From an uncultured delta proteobacterium (GTDB taxonomy: Bacteria > Myxococcota_A > UBA9160 > SZUA-336): a DNA stretch of 64,000 nt. The notes beneath the pieces were generated by a model. It was not told the DNA's origin, did no database searches, and worked only from the letters and a program-made list of their open reading frames with translations. The stretch covers positions 224,001 through 288,000 of the forward strand of contig CAVPHD010000001.1 of the NCBI GenBank assembly GCA_963704165.1. The letters run 5' to 3'. Positions 10,573 through 19,737 of the stretch are shown piece by piece; positions within the stretch are counted from its first letter, which is position 1, and the number at the start of each line of letters is the position of its first letter. Made by a program: the position numbers and the translations under genes.

Positions 10573-11390
10573 GACTCACTCTCCTCCTCGAGACGGCCGC
10601 CGCAATCCCAGCAATAGCGCGCGGTCGGAAGATGCCCCTCGGTCGTGCAGTGTCGACAGCTTCGCGTCGTGATCGCCGTCGGCATGCGCGCGGCATCGAC
10701 GATGCCGGCGGTGATGATGCCCGTCGGCACCGCGATGATGCTGTAGCCGAGGATCATGACGACGGCGGCGAGGATCTGTCCGACCGGCGTGACGGGCGCG
10801 ATGTCGCCGTAGCCTACGGTGGTCATGGTCACGATCGCCCAGTACATCGAGATCGGAATGCTCGTGAATCCGGAGGCTTCGCCCTCGATCAGGTACATCG
10901 CCGATCCGACGATCAGGTCGAGGATCAGCACCGTGGCCAGGAAGACCAGCACCTTCGCGCCGCTCATGCGAAGCGACGTCAGCAGCAGATTCTGCTCGCC
11001 GAGAAACCGCCCGAGCTTGAAGACACGGAAGATTCGCAGCAGGCGAAGTGCGCGGATCACGAGCATCGAGTGCGCTCCCGGGAGCAGCATCGACAGATAG
11101 CTCGGCAGGATCGCGAGCAGGTCGACGAGCCCGAAGAAGCTGCGCGCATAGCGCAGCGGGCTCTCGACGACGACGAGCCGCGCGACGTACTCGGCGGTGA
11201 ACACGACCGTGAAGGTCCACTCGGCGATTCGCAGGGCCGCCCCCGCGTTGACACGCACCGACTCGACGCTCTCGAGCATCACCGCGAGCACGCTCGCGAG
11301 AATCGCGACGAGAAGCGCCACGTCGAAGGCCTTCCCCGCCGGCGTGTCGGCTTCGAAGATGATCTCGCGCCATCGCTCTCGCCGCGTCAC
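10569..11390 (-). CDS. Voltage-gated-type potassium channel / ion transporter with C-terminal zinc ribbon
   Basis: S4-like IRALRLLRIFRVFK; selectivity filter TTVGYGD; CRHC...CWDC tail. Confidence 0.92.
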   Translation of the reverse strand: MTRRERWREIIFEADTPAGKAFDVALLVAILASVLAVMLESVESVRVNAGAALRIAEWTFTVVFTAEYVARLVVVESPLRYARSFFGLVDLLAILPSYLSMLLPGAHSMLVIRALRLLRIFRVFKLGRFLGEQNLLLTSLRMSGAKVLVFLATVLILDLIVGSAMYLIEGEASGFTSIPISMYWAIVTMTTVGYGDIAPVTPVGQILAAVVMILGYSIIAVPTGIITAGIVDAARMPTAITTRSCRHCTTEGHLPTARYCWDCGGRLEEESES

Positions 11391-11408
11391 GGCCCGAAGA
11401 GTACTCGA

Positions 11409-12065
11409 TCAGTGCCAGGCGCGGTTCGCCTGCTCGGCGGCCTCGTTCATCGGTCGCGCGAGAAGCCCGGACGGGCTGATCGTCACGCGATAGCGGGCGC
11501 CGTCGGCCATCGGCAGGTAGACCGCGCTGCCGTAGAGCGCATCGATGAACGGGTTCCAGCGCGGATTTGCGCGCGAGAGTGCCCAGAGGTCGATTGCGGG
11601 CGGAGTCTCGAGCGAGTGGACGCTTCGGGGCGACGTGCGCTCCTCGGTCACTTCGCGGTAGCGCCCGCTGACGCGGTCGAGGCGATAGCGGGGATCGAGC
11701 CCGAGCAGGGTCGCGAACCCGCGCCACTTGATCACGCGCGCGTCGAGCTGCCACTCGTCGCCGTGGAGCGCGAAGCTCTGCGCCGAACCGGTCGGCTCGC
11801 GCGTCAGCGTCGCGCGGAAGAGCTGCGGCCCGATCGCTTCGAACACGATCTCCGCGATGGGCTCCTCGTGCGTGAGCCGTGCGTAGCCGTGCAGGTTCGA
11901 CGAGACCACGAAGAGCGCGGCCGCTGCACCGATCAGCAGGATGCCCGAAACGGTGGAGCCGGTGGCCGCGAAGATCCGGATGCGCAGAAGGTGGCGGAGC
12001 GCGGCGAGAAGCGAGAACGACCCGAACACCGCGAGCACGAGTGCGATCAGCGACTCCGGTCTCAT
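11409..12065 (-). CDS. Conserved hypothetical membrane protein
   Basis: Two N-terminal TM helices; GDEWQLDARVIKW...YRLDRVSGRY...YGSAVYLPMADGA pattern. Confidence 0.75.
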   Translation of the reverse strand: MRPESLIALVLAVFGSFSLLAALRHLLRIRIFAATGSTVSGILLIGAAAALFVVSSNLHGYARLTHEEPIAEIVFEAIGPQLFRATLTREPTGSAQSFALHGDEWQLDARVIKWRGFATLLGLDPRYRLDRVSGRYREVTEERTSPRSVHSLETPPAIDLWALSRANPRWNPFIDALYGSAVYLPMADGARYRVTISPSGLLARPMNEAAEQANRAWH

Positions 12066-12068
12066 GGC

Positions 12069-12701
12069 TCAGCCAAAGAGCGGATCCGCGCTCGCTCTCC
12101 AGCCGTCGAGCGCCTCGATCCGGCCGAGCCACGCATCCAGGTTGGGCCACGCACCCGACGGAAATCCCGCGTACCGGAAGTACGTCGTCATTCCGGCGAC
12201 CGACAGGTCCGCGATCGTGAGCTTCGATCCGCAGAGGAACTCCCGATCCGCGAGCCGCGCATCGGCGAACTCGAGCACCGGCGCGATCTCGCGGCTCTGC
12301 CAGTCGGGCGGCGCCGTCGGTGCTGGCACGGTGTCGGGCAGGAGACGATGGCCCACGCACGGCGCCAGGAGCCGCGTGAGCGCCGGCTGCCACGCCGACG
12401 CCTCCCAGAAGAGCCAGCGCAGGACCTCGGCGCGCGCGCGCGGCTCCGCCGACCAGAATCGCGAGTCCCCGTACCGCTCCGAGACGTAGACCAGGATCGC
12501 GTTCGACTCGCAGAGCGTGAGCTCTCCGTCGACGAGCGCGGGGATCTTGCCGAGTGGATGGATCGCGAGGTACGCCGGATCTCGGCCTTCGCCCCGGTAC
12601 ACGTTCACGTGTCGGACGTCGGGCTCGAGCCCAAGCTCGTGCGCGAGGGCGAGGGGCTTGCGGCCGTTCGCCGACAGCGTCGTCGTGTAGAGCGTGAACA
12701 C
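12069..12701 (-). CDS. Glutathione S-transferase family protein
   Basis: SANGRK, HPLGKIPAL, LCESNAILVY and LTIADLS; start GTG 12701. Confidence 0.9.
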   Translation of the reverse strand: MFTLYTTTLSANGRKPLALAHELGLEPDVRHVNVYRGEGRDPAYLAIHPLGKIPALVDGELTLCESNAILVYVSERYGDSRFWSAEPRARAEVLRWLFWEASAWQPALTRLLAPCVGHRLLPDTVPAPTAPPDWQSREIAPVLEFADARLADREFLCGSKLTIADLSVAGMTTYFRYAGFPSGAWPNLDAWLGRIEALDGWRASADPLFG

Positions 12702-12702
12702 G

Positions 12703-13692
12703 TCAGTTCCTTCGAGCGGATGCCAGCTCCGGCTTCGTGATGCGCGACGGAATTCCGTAGCGGCGCTGGCCGATCGCTTCGACCGTCGCCCAATCGACCT
12801 GTGACGACCGCTTTCCCGCCGCGCGCAGGACCTGCTCGCGCAGGGTCTTCGGAGCCGCGACCTCGGGGAGTACACCGGTCTCGTCGAGCTCGAGCGACTG
12901 CTCGGCCTCGGGATTCACCTCGAGGTAGAGCGCCCCGGAAATCCAGCCGAGCTTCACCGGCTCGTTCACGACGCGAACCACGGTGCCGGTCGCGACCCGG
13001 GCGTACAGCTCGGCGATGTCGTCCGGGTAGAGGCGGATGCAGCCTCGGCTCGAGTGCCGGCCGACGCCGCGCGGATCATTCGTGCCGTGGATCAGGTACG
13101 AAGGCCAGCCCAGATAGAGCGCGTGCGCGCCCAGCGGATTCTCGGGTCCGGGTTTGACCTGCGCAGCCAGCGTCGGATCGTCCCGGCGCGCGGATTCACC
13201 CGGAGTCCAGGTCGGATTCTCGCGCTTCGACTGGACGGTCGTGACACCCATCGGCGTCGCGTAGCCGTCCTTGGCGATGCCGATCGGGTACGAACGCACC
13301 CGACCGCCCTTCTCGAAGTGGTACAGGCGCAGGTCGCCGAGGTTCACGACGATCCCCTCGCGCTTTCCGCTCGGAAGCAGCCGTGCCTCCGGAATGACCA
13401 GCCGCGTGTCCTTCGGCGGCAACCACGGGTCGATGCCGGGGTTCGCGGCCAGGAGCTCGACGTACCCGACGCCGAGCTCGGGCGCGAGGTCGATCAGCGT
13501 GTCCTCCGCCTTCGTCTCGCGAAAGCTGAGCCGTCCGACCAGATCGGCCGAGTACGGCGGGTTCTCGAGCAGGTAACGCGACTGCGGTTTCGCGGGACTC
13601 CGAAACAGATCGCCGACGCAGGCCGGCAGGCCGATCGACACGATCAGCGCGAGGGCGGTACTACGGGCGAATCTCGATCGGCGTTCCGTCAT
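12703..13692 (-). CDS. L,D-transpeptidase, ErfK/YbiS/YcfS/YnhG type, with LysM-like segment; predicted lipoprotein
   Basis: ANPGIDPWLP, IVVNLGDLRLY, PGPENPLG and catalytic IHGT...SRGCIRL; lipobox LPAC. Confidence 0.92.
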   Translation of the reverse strand: MTERRSRFARSTALALIVSIGLPACVGDLFRSPAKPQSRYLLENPPYSADLVGRLSFRETKAEDTLIDLAPELGVGYVELLAANPGIDPWLPPKDTRLVIPEARLLPSGKREGIVVNLGDLRLYHFEKGGRVRSYPIGIAKDGYATPMGVTTVQSKRENPTWTPGESARRDDPTLAAQVKPGPENPLGAHALYLGWPSYLIHGTNDPRGVGRHSSRGCIRLYPDDIAELYARVATGTVVRVVNEPVKLGWISGALYLEVNPEAEQSLELDETGVLPEVAAPKTLREQVLRAAGKRSSQVDWATVEAIGQRRYGIPSRITKPELASARRN

Positions 13693-14128
13693 CGACGAGC
13701 TCCCAAATCTCCTCCATCTCGTCGTCGGTCACCGCGATGCAGCCGTTGGTCCAATCGAATTCGCGGTGCGCGTCCCCGACCCAGCTCTCACCGTCCGGAA
13801 GTCCGTGGATCATGACGCCGCCGCCGGGATCGATGCGAGCGCCGCGTGCGAAGTCGCGGTCCCACTCGTTCGGATACGAGATGTGGATCGCTCGGTGGAA
13901 TTGACTCTGCTCGATGCGCCAGTCGAGAACGTAGCGCCCCTCGGGTGTGCGACCGTCGCCGTTGCGCCGCTTCGCTCCCTTCGGATTCGCGCCCAGGGCG
14001 ACTTCGTAGTCGCGCAAGACGCGATGGCCGCGCAGGAGCAGCAGGCGCCGCGGCTCCTTCAGGACGAGAACGAAGTCCGCCTTCGCGGGCGGCTCCAGCC
14101 ACTCGCTCGGGATCGGAACCGACTCGAC
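13661..14128 (-). CDS. YkuD-family L,D-transpeptidase/amidase, YafK/DpaA-like; start not resolved
   Basis: GDGRTPEGRY, FHRAIHISYPN and GGGVMIHG...WTNGCIAV; no ATG/GTG/TTG in frame between the upstream stop and the domain. Confidence 0.8.
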   Translation of the reverse strand, partial: VESVPIPSEWLEPPAKADFVLVLKEPRRLLLLRGHRVLRDYEVALGANPKGAKRRNGDGRTPEGRYVLDWRIEQSQFHRAIHISYPNEWDRDFARGARIDPGGGVMIHGLPDGESWVGDAHREFDWTNGCIAVTDDEMEEIWELVDDGTPIEIRP

Positions 14129-14138
14129 GCGCTCGTTC

Positions 14139-14405
14139 TTACTTGTGGAGCGACCGTTGAAAGATGCGGTCGGCCTTCTCGCTGGCCTTCCGCGCCTCCT
14201 CTGCCGCCGCGGCGGCTTCCGCACGCGCGGCCGCGGCATCGGCGGCCGCTGCAGTCGCCTTGTCGTTGGCTTCGTTCGCGACTCGAAGCGCTTCCGACGC
14301 GTCGCTGCGCGCGGCGGAGACATCCGCGGTCGTCGCACAGCCGGCGGTGGCGAGCAACGCGATCAGTGCTCCCGCCAGAACTCCCTTGCATCCAAGACGG
14401 CTCAT
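14139..14405 (-). CDS. Lpp/OprI-family alanine-zipper major lipoprotein
   Basis: 88 aa; lipobox TAGC; Ala-rich coiled coil; C-terminus KADRIFQRSLHK ending in Lys, as in OprI/Lpp; GAGGAG RBS. Confidence 0.88.
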   Translation of the reverse strand: MSRLGCKGVLAGALIALLATAGCATTADVSAARSDASEALRVANEANDKATAAAADAAAARAEAAAAAEEARKASEKADRIFQRSLHK

Positions 14406-14494
14406 TCGGTCTCCTCAAGTTTCGATCCGATCCTACGGCACGGAGCGGCGCTCACTCTGTGACCGCCCACACCGGGTATCGAGATAGCACGCCG

Positions 14495-16363
14495 TCACGG
14501 CATCGGCCGGGGACAGCTCGACCTCCCGGAATGCGCGAGCAGGATGCGCCGCACCTCTTCGATCGACTGTGGCGTGGCCTGCATGCCGGAGTGGGGGCTG
14601 TGCACGATCAGCTCCGATTCCACGGGCTCGATGTGGGCGCTCTCGTACTTGACCACGCCGTCCCCGGCGGACTCGAGCGGGCTGTCGTCATCGACCGAGA
14701 TGATCGAGTGGACCCGGACCTCCGGGCCCACCGGAATCGACGCGAGCTCTTTGATGAACCGGTTGCTCGGAGACATGTTGTCGATGCTGGTCGGGATCTT
14801 CCCGAGCGTGATGCCGGTCGCGCCCGCGGGCGCCATCTTCGCGAGATCGGGTCCAAGGCGAACGAGGTCGCTCGGAAGCCGGACGAGGCTCTGTGCGAGG
14901 CGCCGCACGATCTGCGGACCCGCGAGATAGCTGCCGCGGTGGGGCGTGGCGAGGAAGATCACTTCGGTCACGAAGGGAAGTGGCTTCACGAACGCGACGT
15001 TTCCGATCAGCTCCTTGTCGGCGGGCGGAAGCTTCACGTCCTCGAACTTGGCGCTCGAAAGACCCCTCCAGAACCGATCGCCCGAGTCGATCACCGTGAG
15101 CTTCGTCAGCAATCCCCCCTGACTGTGCCCCAGCACCACCATGTCGAGCGCGCAGGGATCGTCTCCCTCCGGGTTCATCCGCTTCTCCGCTGCCATGAGC
15201 GCTTCGCGGAGTCGCCAGCCCGAGTAGCCGATGGGATTGCCCGAGTCGTAGCTGAACAGCCAGAAGGCGTAGCGATTGTGCAGCCGCGGGTCGGCGAGCA
15301 GATCGTTGATCATGTCGGCCCAGCGCGCGGGACTCGACGCCGTTCCGTGTACGAAGACCACCGGGATCAGGCCCTTCTCGAAGGGTCGGAGCGCGAAGAG
15401 AGCGCTCTCCCTGCGAATGCCGAGCGCGTTGCCGAGGAAGGCCTGGAGCTCGACCTTCCAGAACTTCGACTCCGCGAGCGTCGCGGCCAGCGCCGCGGTC
15501 GGCTCCGCCTCGAGCGGTGTCGGCTCGCCGCCGATCGCGATCCGATCGGTGTCGAATCCGGCGAAGAGCTCCATTCGACCGTGCAGCTCGCCGCTGCGCA
15601 GACCCGCGAGCGGCGCGTCGATCGCCAGCACCGCCGTCAGCGGCACTCGCATCGCCGGGGGAACCGGAACGACCGGCTCCACGCCGGGCAGCGGCGTGGT
15701 CTTCGCCGCGAGCGGTGCACCGATGCCCGGTTGGCGGTAGCGGTTGCGAAGCCCCCTGACTTCGATGTCGGCCACGGGCTGAAGGTCGTGAAGCACCGAT
15801 CCATCGAACTCGAGGAGATCCGGCGAGACCGACACCGACATGTGTCCGAACGGCAGATCGATCTCACCGTCTCCTGAGAGCGCGAGCGTTCCCTGCTCGG
15901 TGCGTTTGAACGCCATCGTGAGCGCGCGGTTGTACAGGTTCGCGGCGATCCGCTCGCGCGGATCGAGGCGGCCGAGCGGCGCGCGCCCCTCCTCGGGGAA
16001 GAGCAGCGCCCAGGCGTAGACCACCGTCGCCGAGTACGAAGTCTGGGTCCGCGATTTCTCCGCGTAGAGGAAGGAGAGCTCGGCCAGGGCAAAGAGGGAG
16101 TCCGTCGGAAAGTCCTGCTCGCGCGCAACCGCGTGCAGCTTCGCGAGGGCGTCCACGGGATCGTCCTCGTAGGCGCCGAGGAGCGCGCGGGCCCGGAGCT
16201 CGTTCAGCGAGAAGTCACTCGGATTGTCGTCGGTGAGCGCACTTCGCGTCAGTTGACGCTGCACCTCGCGCGGATTCGCGATCCGAACGCTGATCGGGCT
16301 CGCGCAGCCGACCGCGAAGACCAGGAGGGCACACACCGCCGCGCAAGTTCGAGTCTTTGGCAT
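14495..16363 (-). CDS. Alpha/beta-hydrolase (lipase/esterase-like) lipoprotein
   Basis: Lipobox AVGC; PVVFVHGTASS, GHSQGG nucleophile elbow, ATPHRGS and GDGVVKYESAH. Confidence 0.88.
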   Translation of the reverse strand: MPKTRTCAAVCALLVFAVGCASPISVRIANPREVQRQLTRSALTDDNPSDFSLNELRARALLGAYEDDPVDALAKLHAVAREQDFPTDSLFALAELSFLYAEKSRTQTSYSATVVYAWALLFPEEGRAPLGRLDPRERIAANLYNRALTMAFKRTEQGTLALSGDGEIDLPFGHMSVSVSPDLLEFDGSVLHDLQPVADIEVRGLRNRYRQPGIGAPLAAKTTPLPGVEPVVPVPPAMRVPLTAVLAIDAPLAGLRSGELHGRMELFAGFDTDRIAIGGEPTPLEAEPTAALAATLAESKFWKVELQAFLGNALGIRRESALFALRPFEKGLIPVVFVHGTASSPARWADMINDLLADPRLHNRYAFWLFSYDSGNPIGYSGWRLREALMAAEKRMNPEGDDPCALDMVVLGHSQGGLLTKLTVIDSGDRFWRGLSSAKFEDVKLPPADKELIGNVAFVKPLPFVTEVIFLATPHRGSYLAGPQIVRRLAQSLVRLPSDLVRLGPDLAKMAPAGATGITLGKIPTSIDNMSPSNRFIKELASIPVGPEVRVHSIISVDDDSPLESAGDGVVKYESAHIEPVESELIVHSPHSGMQATPQSIEEVRRILLAHSGRSSCPRPMP

Positions 16364-16462
16364 GAGCGATCAGACTAGCCGCACCTCACGGGGTATGCGA
16401 CGAGAGCCCCCTGAACGGGTCGCGAGCCTGCCACCCGAGGGACAGCCTGCTAGAAATGCAGC

Positions 16463-18337
16463 ATGGCGCGCGTGCGCGAAGGCGGGATCGTCTCGAAGGG
16501 CCTCGCGCTCGCGGCGATGCTGGTCCTCTCCACGCCGACGCAGGCGAGACCGTTCCAGTTCGACGAGGTCGAGGGCGTCGCGAACGTCGAGCTCACCTAC
16601 GGCCTGCTCGCGCGCGTCGAGGATCGAGACGACGACCTCGTGGCGATCGTGAACGGCGGCGATGCGGGGACCGCCAACTTCGACGACGGCGACCTGAACT
16701 ACGACCGGGGAATCGCCGCGAACGTGATGCAGATCGAGGCCGAGCTCGCCGCGCGCTGGCGGGTCTTCGGCGTCTACCTGCGCGGCTTCACGTTCTACGA
16801 CTTCGAGGCCAAGCTCTCCGATCGGGAGCGGACGGCGCTCACCAGCCACGCCGAGCGCTACGTAGGAAGCGACACCGAGCTTCGCGAGTACTACGTCGAT
16901 GCGAACCTCCTGCTTCGCGGCATGCCGGTTCGCGTGCGCGTGGGCGACCAGGTCCTGAACTGGGGAGAGAGCCGGTTCCTCCGCTTCGGCGCGCAGGTGA
17001 TGAACCCGCTCGACATCCCCGCGTCCCTCCGGCCCTCGAGCTCGGCACAGGACGTTCAGCTCCCCGAAGGCATGCTCTGGGTCGCGGCGAACCCGACCGA
17101 AGTGCTCGCCGTCGAGGCGTACTACCAGTACGACTGGGACCCGGCCCACACCCCGCCCATCGGCTCGTTCTTCTCCGACACCGATCCGCTCGGATCGGGG
17201 GGGCTCGGCGGGGCGATGGCCGGCGGCGGGCTCTTCTCGGATCTCGGCACCGACCTCGACGCCGCGTTCTCGCTGCCGGAAGGCACGCTCGGCTTCGACT
17301 CGGACTTCATGCGCACGCCGGGGAGGGGGACGGACGACCCGAGCGGCCAGGGCCAGTTCGGGATTTCGGTCCAGACCATCCTGCCGAGGCTGAACTCGAC
17401 CAAGCTCGCACTCCACTTCGCGAACTACCACAGCCGCCTTCCGATCATCAGCTCGCGCGCGGCGGATTCGGCTGCTGCTTCGCAGACGTCGTCCGCGGCG
17501 GTCGCGGCGCGCGCGGATACGCTCGCGCCAGTCTACGAGTCCGAGGGTCTGTCACCGGCCGAGGCGGCCGCCGCGGCCGCGGCCGCGGCACAGACTCTCA
17601 CGATCGGTGAGTACGCGAGTCAGGCGAGCTTCTTCCTCGAATACCCCGAGAACGTCCAGATGCTGGCCCTGAGCTTCAACACCGCGACGCTGCGCACGGG
17701 AACGCTCGTCTCCGGCGAGATCGCACACCACTTCGGCTTGCCGCTCCAGATCCTGCCCAACGACGTGTTCACCGCCGCGTTCTCGCCGATCGAATTCACA
17801 CCGACGTTCGGGCAGGGGCTGCTCGGCGACTTCGCTCCGAGCCAGGTCATCTCCGGCGTGAAGGAGCTCGACAAGACCCAGCTCGAGCTCGGGCTGCGCC
17901 AGCTCCTCGGGCCGCGCCTCGGCGCAGACCAGTCGATCCTCGGAATCGATCTCGGCTGGGTGCACATCCACGACATGCCGGCTCGCGACGAACTTCGCCT
18001 CGGCGCCCCCGGCATCGTCGGAGAAGCCGACTTCGACCACCTGCCCACATCGGACTCGTGGGGATACCGTCTGGTCGGCGCACTGACCTACGAGGGCGTG
18101 CTCGGTCGATTCACGGTGCAGCCGCGCGTCGCCTTCGTGCACGACGTCAGCGGGATCTCGCCGGGACCCGGGGCCGCATTCCTCGAGAAGCGCAAGGTGT
18201 TCAACGCGGGCGTCTCGATCGACCACACGAACACCTGGCTCGTGCAGCTCGACTACACCACGCTCTTCGGCGCGGGGCGATTCAATCTCTTGAACGACCG
18301 CGACTTCGTGCGTCTCCAGATCAGTTACTTCTACTAG
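16463..18337 (+). CDS. DUF1302 family outer-membrane protein
   Basis: NFDDGDLNYDRG, RVGDQVLNWGES, ANYHSRLP; C-terminal NLLNDRDFV...YFY with terminal aromatic residue. Confidence 0.88.
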   Translation: MARVREGGIVSKGLALAAMLVLSTPTQARPFQFDEVEGVANVELTYGLLARVEDRDDDLVAIVNGGDAGTANFDDGDLNYDRGIAANVMQIEAELAARWRVFGVYLRGFTFYDFEAKLSDRERTALTSHAERYVGSDTELREYYVDANLLLRGMPVRVRVGDQVLNWGESRFLRFGAQVMNPLDIPASLRPSSSAQDVQLPEGMLWVAANPTEVLAVEAYYQYDWDPAHTPPIGSFFSDTDPLGSGGLGGAMAGGGLFSDLGTDLDAAFSLPEGTLGFDSDFMRTPGRGTDDPSGQGQFGISVQTILPRLNSTKLALHFANYHSRLPIISSRAADSAAASQTSSAAVAARADTLAPVYESEGLSPAEAAAAAAAAAQTLTIGEYASQASFFLEYPENVQMLALSFNTATLRTGTLVSGEIAHHFGLPLQILPNDVFTAAFSPIEFTPTFGQGLLGDFAPSQVISGVKELDKTQLELGLRQLLGPRLGADQSILGIDLGWVHIHDMPARDELRLGAPGIVGEADFDHLPTSDSWGYRLVGALTYEGVLGRFTVQPRVAFVHDVSGISPGPGAAFLEKRKVFNAGVSIDHTNTWLVQLDYTTLFGAGRFNLLNDRDFVRLQISYFY

Positions 18338-18346
18338 GAGGCCCGG

Positions 18347-19720
18347 GTGCGTCCGAGTCATCGGCTCTGGCTCTCGATCACGCTCGGGGCGTGTATTGCG
18401 CTCGCGAGCGGATCGCGCGCAGAGGTCAGTGACTCCGAAGCTCGGCGGCTCGAGGCCGATCTCACACCGATGGGCGCCGAGCGCGCGGGAAACGCTTCCG
18501 GAACGATCCCGGCCTGGACCGGCGGCATCCGCACCCCGCCGACCGGCTTCGTTCCGGGGGAGCGCGAGGTCGATCCCTACCCGGACGATCCGATCCTGTA
18601 CACGGTCGGGGCCGACGACATCGACGCCCACGCGGACGTGCTCACCGAAGGTCAGAAGGCGCGGCTTCGCGCCCACCCCGAGAGCTGGCACATGAACGTG
18701 TACGCCACGCGGCGTTCGGCCTCGTTCCCCGAGTGGGTCTACGCGGCCGTTCGCGAGAACGCGACGCGCGCGCGCGTCGTGCTCGAGGGCAAGGGCTCCG
18801 TAACGGGCGCCCGCATCGGCCCCCCGTTTCCGATTCCACGCAGCGGCCTCGAGGCGATCTGGAATCACAACCTGCGCTGGCGCGGCGCGCGCGTGGAGCG
18901 AAGCGACGGCAGCGCGGCCGTGACGCGGACGGGCGAACACCGGACCGTCCTCTCCGAACAGCTTCTGGGTCTGCCGTACGGGGCGCGACAACCCGACGCG
19001 TTCGGGAGGCAGCTTCCGAACATCCTCCTCGCAGTGCGCGCGATGTCGATCTCGCCGTCGCGCGTGGCGGGCGACGCGACGCTCGTGATCGAACCGATCG
19101 ACCAGACCCACGACCCGCGCAAGAGCTGGAACTACAGCCGCGATCTCCGCCGCGTGTTCCGGAATCCCTGGCTCGGATACGACTTCCCCGCGCAGTACAG
19201 CGACGGCCTGCGCACCGTCGACGACTTCTGGCTCTTCAACGGACCCCCGGACCGATTCGACTGGAAGCTGCTCGGAAGACGCGAGCTGCTGATCCCCTAC
19301 AACGCGTATCGCCTGCATTCTGGTGCGATCACACCGGCGCAGATCGTCGGTCCGCATCACATCGATCCGGACCTCGCCCGCTACGAGCTGCACCGGGTCT
19401 GGGTCGTCGAGGCGACACGGAAGCCGGACGCCGAGCACATCTACACGCGGCGGATGTTCTACATCGACGAGGACAGCTGGCAGATCGCGCTCTCGGAGAG
19501 CTACGACGCGCGAGGTCGGCTCTGGCGCGCGAACGAGGCTCACGCGCTCAACTACTACGGCATTCCCGTGCTCTGGTCGACGCTCGAGGTGTTTCACGAT
19601 CTGAAGGCCGGTCGCTATCTGGTGATGGGACTCGACAACGAACGGCGGACCTTCCGGTTCTCCGAGGGCAGCGACCCGCGCGAATTCAGCCCGAATGCGC
19701 TCACGTACTACGTCCGATGA
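18347..19720 (+). CDS. DUF1329 domain-containing protein
   Basis: LTPMGAERAGNASGTIPAWTGG, PFPIPRSGLEAIWNH and RMFYIDEDSWQIA. Confidence 0.92.
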   Translation: MRPSHRLWLSITLGACIALASGSRAEVSDSEARRLEADLTPMGAERAGNASGTIPAWTGGIRTPPTGFVPGEREVDPYPDDPILYTVGADDIDAHADVLTEGQKARLRAHPESWHMNVYATRRSASFPEWVYAAVRENATRARVVLEGKGSVTGARIGPPFPIPRSGLEAIWNHNLRWRGARVERSDGSAAVTRTGEHRTVLSEQLLGLPYGARQPDAFGRQLPNILLAVRAMSISPSRVAGDATLVIEPIDQTHDPRKSWNYSRDLRRVFRNPWLGYDFPAQYSDGLRTVDDFWLFNGPPDRFDWKLLGRRELLIPYNAYRLHSGAITPAQIVGPHHIDPDLARYELHRVWVVEATRKPDAEHIYTRRMFYIDEDSWQIALSESYDARGRLWRANEAHALNYYGIPVLWSTLEVFHDLKAGRYLVMGLDNERRTFRFSEGSDPREFSPNALTYYVR

Positions 19721-19737
19721 GCACGTAGACTTCCGAA

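Noticed and set aside
14200..14320. GCC/GCG-rich low-complexity runs (also 17560-17590) as tandem repeats or an array
   Set aside because: They encode poly-alanine helices; there is no repeat-spacer periodicity, and no CRISPR array or cas gene was seen in the window
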